Positions 57,601 to 64,000 of a DNA stretch of 64,000 nt are shown in pieces. Origin of the DNA: an uncultured Acidobacteriota bacterium (lineage in GTDB: Bacteria; Acidobacteriota; Thermoanaerobaculia; Multivoradales; UBA5704); the NCBI GenBank assembly GCA_963770895.1, contig CAVYRF010000002.1, forward strand, positions 3,488,001-3,552,000. The letters are read 5' to 3'. The notes beneath the pieces were generated by a model. The model made no database searches and had not been told where the DNA came from. It worked only from the letters and a program-made list of their open reading frames with translations. The stretch's first letter is position 1, and the number at the start of each line of letters is the position of its first letter. Position numbers and translations under genes: made by a program.

Positions 57601-60600
57601 TCGGCGGCGTGCAGCTGGCGCGCGGCTATCTCGGCCGCCCTGAGCTGACCGCCGAACGGTTCGTCCCCGATCCGCTGGCACAGGATGCCGCGGCGGCGGG
57701 CGCGCGGCTGTACCGCACCGGCGACCTGGCGCGGTACCTGGCGGACGGCGCCGTGGACTACCTGGGGAGGGCGGACGACCAGGTGAAGGTGCGCGGCTTC
57801 CGTATCGAGCTGGGCGAGATCGAGGCGGTGCTGGCCGCCCATCCGGCGGTCGCCGCGGCGGCCGTGGCGGTGCGGGCGGTGGGCGGCGGCGGTGGCGCGG
57901 CGGACCGGCGGCTGGTCGGCTACGTGGTGGCGCGCCCGCCGGGCGTGGCGGCCGCGAGCCCCACCGACGACGAGCTGCGCGCGTGGTTGGGCGAGAAGCT
58001 GCCCGATTACATGGTGCCGGTGCACTTCCTGCGGCTCGACCGGCTGCCGTCCAGCCCCAGCGGCAAGCTCGACCGCCGCGCCCTGCCGGCGCCGTCCCGC
58101 CGGCTGCCGGGCGGCGGTGCGACGGCGCCGCGCACGGCGACCGAGGCGGCGTTGGCCAGGCTCTTCGGCGAGGTGCTGGGCCTGGCCGGCGGCGGGGCGG
58201 GTGCCGGCGCGCCGCCGCGGGTCGGCGTCGACGACAGTTTTTTTGCCTTGGGCGGCCATTCGCTGCTGGGCACGCGGCTGCTGGCGCGGGTGCGGCGCGA
58301 CCTGGGCGTCGAGCTGCCGCTGGCCGACCTCTACCGCGAGCCGACCGTCGCCGGCCTGGCGCGGGCCGTCGCCGCGGCAGCGGCCGCGCCCGGCGCCGCC
58401 GCGGCAGCGGCCGTTGGCGCAGCGCCGCGCCCGGTTCGCGGCGGCGGCCTGGCGCCGCTGTCGTTCGCGCAGGAGCGCCTGTGGTTCCTCGACCGGCTGG
58501 AGCCGGGCAGCGCCGTCTACAACATGCCCGCGGCGGTGCGCCTGGACGGCATGCTATCGCCGCCGGCGCTGGCCGCGGCGCTCACCGCGATCGTCGGGCG
58601 GCACCAGGCGCTGCGCAGCCGCTTCCTGGTCGCCGCCGACGGCTCGCCGCGGCAGATGGCCGCGCCGGCGCGGCCGGTCGCGCTGCCGCTGATCGACCTG
58701 ACGGCTTTGTCGGAGGCCTTGGCGACCCCGGAGCGGCCGGGGGAAGCGGCAGTCCCGGAGATTCCGGAAACCCCGGAAAACCCGGACGGCGCGGACGTCT
58801 CGAAGGCCTCGGGGACCCCGCGGACGCCGGAGATGCCGCGGACCCCCGCGGGCACGGCGGCGGCGGATCTGCTCGCCGCGCTGGGGGCGGCGCCGTTCGA
58901 CCTGGCGGCCGGGCCGCTGCTGCGCACGACCCTGCTGCGGTTGAGCGCGCGCCGGCACCTGCTGCTCATCGTGTTGCACCACGTCGTCGGCGATGGCTGG
59001 TCGCTGGGCGTGCTGTTCGCGGAGCTTGCCGCCTTCTACGGCGCGGCGATGGGCGGTTGGGGTGGCGACGCCGTGCCGCCGCCGGCGCTGGCGTTCCAGT
59101 ACAGCGATTTTGCACGCTGGCAGCGCCAGCGGTTGGCGGGCGAGCGGCTGGCGGCGGAGCTCGCCGCCTGGCGCTCGGCGCTGGCCGGGGCGCCGGTCCA
59201 CCTGGCCCTGCCGACCGACCGGCCGCGGGCGGAGCGCCGCGGCACGCGCGGCGCCGTGTGTCGGGTGGCGGTGGGCAAGGAGCTGAGCGCCGCGGTGGCG
59301 GCGCTGGCCGCGGCGCACGGCGCGACACCGTTCATGGTGCTGCTGGCCGCCTGGGCGGCGGTGCTGGCGCGCGCCGGCGGCCAGGACGATCTGCTGGTGG
59401 GGGCCGCGGTCGCCAACCGCACGCTGGTCGAGCTCGAGCCGCTCATCGGCTGCTTCGTCAACACCCTGGCCCTGCGCTGCGACCTGGCGGGCGCCCCGAG
59501 CGCCGTGCCGCTGCTCGCCCGCGTCCGCCGCACGACCCTGGAAGCGTTTGCGCACCGGGAGCTGCCATTCGAAAAGTTGGTCGAAGACCTGGCGCTGCCG
59601 CCCGACCTGTCGCGCACGCCGCTGGTGCAGACGCTCTTCGTGCTGCAGGAAGCGCCGCTCGATCTGCGCCTGTCCGGCCTGAAACTGGAAGTCGAGGAGG
59701 TCCCCACCCACACCGCCAAGTTCGACCTGATGCTCGACCTGACCGCGACCGCCGCCGGTTTCTCCGGCATGCTCGAATACGCGACCGGCCTGTTCGACGC
59801 GGCGACGGCAGAGCGCCTGGCGGGCCGGCTGGTCGGCACCCTGGCGGCGATGGTGGCCGATCCCGCGGCGCCGGTCGTCGACCTCGCGGCGCTGGCGCCG
59901 GAGGAGCGGGCGCAGGCCGCGGCCGAGCCGCCGCCGCGCGTCGCGGCGGCAGGTGCGGGGCGCGGCGGGAGGGCAGGAGCGGCCGCAGCCGCCGGAACGG
60001 GGTTGGGTGAGGCGCCGGGCGGCATGGCGCGGGCGGCGGCCGCCGGGCCGCCGCCCGTCGCGGCGCCTCCTGCCGGGTGGGTCGAAACGGCGCTGGCGCG
60101 GCTGTTCGCCGAGCTGCTGGGCATCGACCCCGCGGCGGTGGGCGCGCGCGACAGCTTCTTCGCCCTGGGTGGGCACTCCCTGCTCGCCGCACGTCTGCTG
60201 GCGCGGGTGCGGCGCGACCTGGGGGTCGACGTGCCGCTGGCCGAGCTCTACCGGGAGCCGACCGTGGCGGGCCTGGCGCGCGCTGTTGCCGCAGAGGCTG
60301 CGGCGGCCGCGGTGGGAGCGGCAGGCGCAGTGGGCGGCGATGCCTTCGCGGCGCCGCCGGCCCCGTCGTCGCGGCCGCGGCCGGACAGCGGCCAGGGCGG
60401 CCCGGCGCCGCTGTCGTTCGCCCAGGAGCGGCTGTGGTTTCTCGACCGCCTGGAGCCGGGCGGCGCCGTCTACAACATGCCCGCGGCGGTGCGCCTGGAC
60501 GGTCCGCTGTCGCTGCCGGCGCTGGCGGCGGCGCTGTCCGCGATCGTCGCCCGGCACGCGGCGCTGCGCAGCCGCTTCGTGCCGGCGGCCGACGGTTCAC

Positions 60601-63600
60601 CGCGGCAGGTGGCGGCGCCGCCGCGGCCGATCGCGGTGCCGCTGATCGACCTGAGGGCGCTGCCACCGGTGGCGCCGGACCCCGAGGCGCTGGAGACCTT
60701 GCCACCCGGGGAGTCCCCGCAGGCAGCGGTCAGCGGGGAGACCATGGCGTCCTGCAACCCGGCGCGGACGCCGGCGAGCGGCGCGGAGGCGGCGCGCCAG
60801 CTGGCCGCGCTGGCGCTGGTGCCGTTCGACCTGGCGGCGGGCCCCCTGCTGCGCGCCGCGGTCCTGCGGCTGGGCGAGCGCCGGCACCTGTTGGCGGTTT
60901 GCGTACACCACATCGCTGCCGACGGCTGGTCGCTGGGAGTGCTGCTCGGCGAGCTTGCTGCCTTCTATAACGCGGCGCTCGCCGGCTGGGGCGCGGCCGT
61001 GCCGCCGCCGGCGCTGGCGTTCCAGTATGCCGACTTTGCGCGCTGGCAGCGCGAGCAGATGGCGGGCGAGCGCCTGGCGGCGGAGCTTGCCGCCTGGCGT
61101 GCGGCGCTGGCCGGCGCGCCGGTTGAGCTGAGCCTGCCGACCGATCGGCCGCGGCCCGAGCGCCGCGGCACCCGCGGCGAGCGCCTGCGGGTGGCGTTGG
61201 GCAAGGATCTGAGCGCCGCGGCGGCAGCGCTGGCCGCGGCGCACGGTGCGACGCCGTTCATGCTGCTGCTGGCCGCCTGGGCGGCGGTGTTGGGGCGCGC
61301 CGGGGACCAGGACGACCTGCTGGTGGGCGCCGCGGTCGCCAACCGCACCCTGGTCGAAGTCGAGCCGCTCATCGGCTGCTTCGTCAACACCCTGGCCCTG
61401 CGCTGCGACCTGGCGGGCGCGCCGAGCGCCGCGACGCTGCTGACCCGCGTGCGGCGCGCGACGCTGGAAGCGTTTGCGCACCAGGAGCTGCCGTTCGAAA
61501 AGCTGGTCGAAGACCTGGCGCTGCCGCCCGAGCTGTCGCGCACGCCGCTGGTGCAGACGCTCTTCGTGCTGCAGAACGCGCCGCTCGCGCTGCGCGTGCC
61601 GGGCCTGGCGGTGGCGGTGGTGGAGGTCGCGACCGGCACCGCCAAGTTCGATCTGACGCTGGACCTGGGTGAAACGGCGGCGGGATTTGGCGGCGCCATC
61701 GAGTACGCGACCGACCTGTTCGACGCGGCGACGGTCGAGCGCCTGGCTGGCCGGTTCGTCGACGTGCTGGCGGCGATGACGGCCGATCCGGCGGCGCCGG
61801 TCCTGGACCTCGCGCCGCTGGCACCGGGGGAACGGACGCAGCTCCTGGTGCCTGGCCGCCGCGCGGCGCCGCCGCCCCGGGTCGCGGCGCGACGGGTGCC
61901 GTTGTTGGCGTCGTTGGCGCCAGGGGCAACAGTGGGGGCGAGGACCGGCGGCGCCGGAGCCGACGCTGCGCGGTTCGCAGGCGCAGAGGCTGGAGCGGCG
62001 GGGACGGTGGCCGGGGCGGCGACCGGCACCGTCGAAGCCGTCGTCGCGCGGCTGTTTGCCGAGGTGCTGGGATTGACCCCGGACGAGATCGCCAGCGCCG
62101 CCGACGGTGGTGCGTTTATTGCCGAGAACGGCAATTTTTTTGCGCTCGGCGGTAATTCCCTTTCGGCCGCGCGGCTGCTGGTGCGGGTGCGTGCCGAGCT
62201 GGGCGTCGATCTGCCGGTCGCCCTGGTGTTTCAGCGTCCGACGGTGGCCGGCATCGCGGCGGCGGCAAAGGCGGCGCTCGCGGCACTTGCTGCGCCCACG
62301 GACCTCGCGAACCCCGCGGACCCCGCGCAGCGCCGGCGTGCGGTGCGGCCGCCGCTCGTGGCGCTGCCGCCCGCGGCGCGGCCGGGTCCGCTCGTGCCCA
62401 GCTTTGCGCAGGAACGGATGTGGTTTCTCGATCAGCTGGAGCCCGGCAGCGCCACCTACAACATGCCCGGCAGCCTACGGCTGACGGGGCCGCTGGCCGT
62501 GGCGCCGCTGGCCGCCGCGCTCGCCGGCGTGCGGCGGCGCCACGAGGTGCTGCGCAGCCGCTTCGCGGCGGGCGACGGCGCGCTCGCGGTGTGGGTGGCG
62601 GCCACGCCGCCGGCGGCGGACCTGGCCCTGCCGGTGATCGACCTGGCGGCGCTGCCGGCCGCCGTGGGCGCGGCGGCGGCGGCGCGGCTGGCGCAGGCCG
62701 AGGCGCGCCGCCCGTTCGACCTGGCGGCGGGGGCGCTGCTGCGCACCGTGCTGCTGCGGGTGGCGGCGGACGATCACCTTCTGCTGCTGACGATGCACCA
62801 CGTGGTGAGCGACGGCGCATCGTTGGAGCTGGTGGCGCGCGAGGCGGCGGCGCTCTATACCGCGGGTCTTGGCGGCGCGCCGCCCGATCCGCGGGCGGTG
62901 CCGCCGCTCGCCGTGCAGTATGCCGACTACGCCGCCTGGCAGCGCGGCTGGCTGGGCAGCAGCACCCTGGCCGCGGAGGTGGCCTGGTGGCGCGAGCGGC
63001 TGGCGGGAGCGCGCGGCGCGCCGCCGCGGCTCGATCTGCCGGCCGACGGGCCGCGGGCGGCGGCGCCCGGCTCGCGCGGCGCCCGCTGCGCGGCGGCGGT
63101 GCCGGCGACGGTGACGGCGGCGCTGCGCACGCAGGCGGTGCGGCAGGGGGCTGCGCTCTTCATGGCGCAGGCGGCGGCGCTCGGCGTCCTGCTGCTGCGC
63201 GCCACCGGCCAGAGCGACCTGGCGCTCGGCACGCCGGTCGCCAACCGCGGCGTGCAGGCGCTCGCCGACCTGGTCGGGCTGTTCGTCAACACGCTGGTGC
63301 TGCGGCTCGACCTGGGCGGCAATCCGACCTTCCGGACGCTGCTGGCGCGGGTGCGCGACCAGGCGCTGGCCGCCTACGATCACCAGGAGCTGCCCTTCGA
63401 GCAGCTGGTGGCCGAGCTTGGCCTGCGGCAGGACGGGGCGGCGACGCCGCTGTTCCAGGTCATGCTGGCGGAGCAGCCGCGGCTGCCGGTGCCGGTTCTG
63501 GCCGGGCTTGCCGTTGCAGCGTCTGCCGGCGACAGCGGCACCGCCAAGTTCGACCTGTCGCTGGCCCTGACGCCGGTCGCCGGCGACGCCCTGGCCGCCA

Positions 63601-64000
63601 CGTTCACCTATCGCGCCGGCCTGTTCCAGGGGGCGACCGTGGCGCGCCTGGCGGGGCACTGGCAGAACCTGCTGGCGGGGATCGCCGCGGCGCCCGACAC
63701 GCCGCTGTCCGAGCTGCCCCTGCTGTCCGCGGCGGAGCGCCACCAGCTGCGCTGCGAATGGAACGCCGCCCCCTGGGAGCCGGCGGCGGGTCTGCTGATG
63801 CACACGCCGTTCGAGCGCCAGGCGATCCGCGTGCCGGACGCGGTGGCGGTGGTCGCGGTGCACGACGGCGGCGACGGCCCGGCGGCGATCCGCGGGGCGG
63901 AGCACCTGACGTATGCCGCGCTTGCCGCGCGCGTGGCGCGCCTGGCGGCGCGGATCGCGGCGTACGGCGCCGGCCCCGAGCGGGTGGTGGGCATCTGCGC
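54618..64000 (+). CDS. Non-ribosomal peptide synthetase, T0-C1-A1-T1-C2-T2-C3-T3-C4-A2..., runs off the window end
   Basis: Frame 3 from TTG 54618 (AGGAG RBS). Motifs: GLDSL (Ser 54747), HHTVADFWS, YTSGSTGRPKG (~56994), YGPTE, YRTGD, GGHSL (58260), HHVVGDG (58977), GGHSL (60177), HHIAADG (60906), GGNSL (62157), HHVVSDG (62796), EWN/LTY at the start of A2. All motifs checked are in one frame. Confidence 0.92.
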   Translation, partial: MPADGCKRHDEIAATLRRQVARVLDVDAARLPADRPLVALGLDSLAAAELAAAIEEVFGTPLELAALLAGPTLDELTESICAAAAPAAVAPPAAAAAPAAAAPPAAPPPATAAPRATALPAANDAAPPAGEPMSWGQRALWLVERMAPDNRAYILAGAARVRGGFDVPNLRRAVALLVERHAALRANFVEGGDGVVVQVTRDAPAYGFVELDGAALRQASDPEVAVALAREAYAPFDLAAEPLLRLVVCRRGGTDHWLALAVHHTVADFWSMGVLVADLGALLLGRSLPPPAATYRDFVRAQGELLASPAGERLAAYWREALPAGLPVLDLPTDRPRPALQTFRGETRWCELPAAVVARLRALGRQHGATSFMTLLAAFLVLLERLSGQPRILVGTPTSGRSSPALAGVVGYFVNPVVLRGDVAGDPDFATLLSRVRQEALASLAHQGMPFPLVAERLAAERDPNRPPVFQVLFGLYRERRRADQGLAGFALGAGGVGLQLGGGGGGAGDAGAAGDAGDVGAAGGLVLESVALVRPGAQFDLSLSLGEIGGALGATLELNADLFDAATGLRLLGQFTVLAAAIAELGAGTGAGGVSQLPWLTAAETQQLLEWNDTAAALPRQVCLHQLIEAQVARTPGAIACEAPLGGGGWESLTYGELDARAARLAGRLRRQGVGPETVVAIAAERSLSLIVGLLAILKAGGAYLPLDPAYPPDRLRYMLQDSGAPVLLRQRRAAPEDGAGGAPAGGPADLPDLAELAAASGVADLDLDEPAADEPWQRPAVGAQNLAYVIYTSGSTGRPKGTMNTHRGIVNRLLWLQEKDGLDATDRLLQKTPASFDVSVPELFWPLLAGARLVMAAPGGHRDTAYLLATLAERQITVVHFVPAMMRVFFEHLAAAAGAAAGAPALPRLRRVLASGEALPWDLQQQCAALLGVPLHNLYGPTEAAVEVTHWACDPDSRRQLVPIGRPVANTAIVLLDHRGARVPQGVPGELHIGGVQLARGYLGRPELTAERFVPDPLAQDAAAAGARLYRTGDLARYLADGAVDYLGRADDQVKVRGFRIELGEIEAVLAAHPAVAAAAVAVRAVGGGGGAADRRLVGYVVARPPGVAAASPTDDELRAWLGEKLPDYMVPVHFLRLDRLPSSPSGKLDRRALPAPSRRLPGGGATAPRTATEAALARLFGEVLGLAGGGAGAGAPPRVGVDDSFFALGGHSLLGTRLLARVRRDLGVELPLADLYREPTVAGLARAVAAAAAAPGAAAAAAVGAAPRPVRGGGLAPLSFAQERLWFLDRLEPGSAVYNMPAAVRLDGMLSPPALAAALTAIVGRHQALRSRFLVAADGSPRQMAAPARPVALPLIDLTALSEALATPERPGEAAVPEIPETPENPDGADVSKASGTPRTPEMPRTPAGTAAADLLAALGAAPFDLAAGPLLRTTLLRLSARRHLLLIVLHHVVGDGWSLGVLFAELAAFYGAAMGGWGGDAVPPPALAFQYSDFARWQRQRLAGERLAAELAAWRSALAGAPVHLALPTDRPRAERRGTRGAVCRVAVGKELSAAVAALAAAHGATPFMVLLAAWAAVLARAGGQDDLLVGAAVANRTLVELEPLIGCFVNTLALRCDLAGAPSAVPLLARVRRTTLEAFAHRELPFEKLVEDLALPPDLSRTPLVQTLFVLQEAPLDLRLSGLKLEVEEVPTHTAKFDLMLDLTATAAGFSGMLEYATGLFDAATAERLAGRLVGTLAAMVADPAAPVVDLAALAPEERAQAAAEPPPRVAAAGAGRGGRAGAAAAAGTGLGEAPGGMARAAAAGPPPVAAPPAGWVETALARLFAELLGIDPAAVGARDSFFALGGHSLLAARLLARVRRDLGVDVPLAELYREPTVAGLARAVAAEAAAAAVGAAGAVGGDAFAAPPAPSSRPRPDSGQGGPAPLSFAQERLWFLDRLEPGGAVYNMPAAVRLDGPLSLPALAAALSAIVARHAALRSRFVPAADGSPRQVAAPPRPIAVPLIDLRALPPVAPDPEALETLPPGESPQAAVSGETMASCNPARTPASGAEAARQLAALALVPFDLAAGPLLRAAVLRLGERRHLLAVCVHHIAADGWSLGVLLGELAAFYNAALAGWGAAVPPPALAFQYADFARWQREQMAGERLAAELAAWRAALAGAPVELSLPTDRPRPERRGTRGERLRVALGKDLSAAAAALAAAHGATPFMLLLAAWAAVLGRAGDQDDLLVGAAVANRTLVEVEPLIGCFVNTLALRCDLAGAPSAATLLTRVRRATLEAFAHQELPFEKLVEDLALPPELSRTPLVQTLFVLQNAPLALRVPGLAVAVVEVATGTAKFDLTLDLGETAAGFGGAIEYATDLFDAATVERLAGRFVDVLAAMTADPAAPVLDLAPLAPGERTQLLVPGRRAAPPPRVAARRVPLLASLAPGATVGARTGGAGADAARFAGAEAGAAGTVAGAATGTVEAVVARLFAEVLGLTPDEIASAADGGAFIAENGNFFALGGNSLSAARLLVRVRAELGVDLPVALVFQRPTVAGIAAAAKAALAALAAPTDLANPADPAQRRRAVRPPLVALPPAARPGPLVPSFAQERMWFLDQLEPGSATYNMPGSLRLTGPLAVAPLAAALAGVRRRHEVLRSRFAAGDGALAVWVAATPPAADLALPVIDLAALPAAVGAAAAARLAQAEARRPFDLAAGALLRTVLLRVAADDHLLLLTMHHVVSDGASLELVAREAAALYTAGLGGAPPDPRAVPPLAVQYADYAAWQRGWLGSSTLAAEVAWWRERLAGARGAPPRLDLPADGPRAAAPGSRGARCAAAVPATVTAALRTQAVRQGAALFMAQAAALGVLLLRATGQSDLALGTPVANRGVQALADLVGLFVNTLVLRLDLGGNPTFRTLLARVRDQALAAYDHQELPFEQLVAELGLRQDGAATPLFQVMLAEQPRLPVPVLAGLAVAASAGDSGTAKFDLSLALTPVAGDALAATFTYRAGLFQGATVARLAGHWQNLLAGIAAAPDTPLSELPLLSAAERHQLRCEWNAAPWEPAAGLLMHTPFERQAIRVPDAVAVVAVHDGGDGPAAIRGAEHLTYAALAARVARLAARIAAYGAGPERVVGIC
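58230..61830 (+). repeat. Intragenic tandem duplication of a T-C unit (period ~1920 bp)
   Basis: Long near-identical stretches, e.g. ctgtcgttcg(c/g)caggagcg.ctgtggtt.ctcgaccg.ctggagccggg and gccgctcatcggctgcttcgtcaacaccctggccctgcgctgcgacctggcgggcgc, occur in both copies. Confidence 0.85.

Noticed and set aside
58100-62400. NRPS as a degraded pseudogene because A domains are missing
   Set aside because: All motifs checked stay in one frame and all catalytic His/Asp and carrier Ser residues are retained; not fully excluded without comparative data.

Overview
Very GC-rich bacterial DNA. The gene families (wHTH-TM-TPR regulator, IPTL-CTERM protein, a repeated Cys-bounded C-terminal domain on secreted proteins) suggest Acidobacteriota, probably Thermoanaerobaculia; this is inferred. 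Layout: (1) 1-5050, a compositionally distinct island with an AAA/DUF4143 ATPase, a CcbP-like/TPR protein, an MNT-HEPN pair, a vapBC relic cut at both ends, and a 40-bp imperfect direct repeat (2660-2699 / 4488-4527). (2) 5056-12310, a regulator plus secreted/surface proteins. (3) 12464-17665, a selenocysteine formate dehydrogenase (in-frame TGA plus SECIS) split into permuted subunits. (4) 18690-22283, a lower-GC gene for a membrane-anchored NACHT-like NTPase with a large exported N-terminus. (5) Peptidases and a ybhFSR/G-TolC-CecR-type efflux operon. (6) 36104-41829, methionine-salvage genes mtnB/mtnD/mtnC tightly coupled to an fkbH-K-J-I hydroxymalonyl-ACP-type cassette. (7) From 54618 to the window end, an NRPS absent from the ORF track because it has no stop in the window. 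Its architecture is T-C-A-T-C-T-C-T-C-A, with two consecutive modules lacking an adenylation domain. The best candidates for undescribed biology are this NRPS/extender/Met-salvage cluster, the membrane NACHT-like protein, the repeated C-terminal domain and the direct-repeat-bounded TA cassette. All calls come from motif recognition by eye; no database searches were run.
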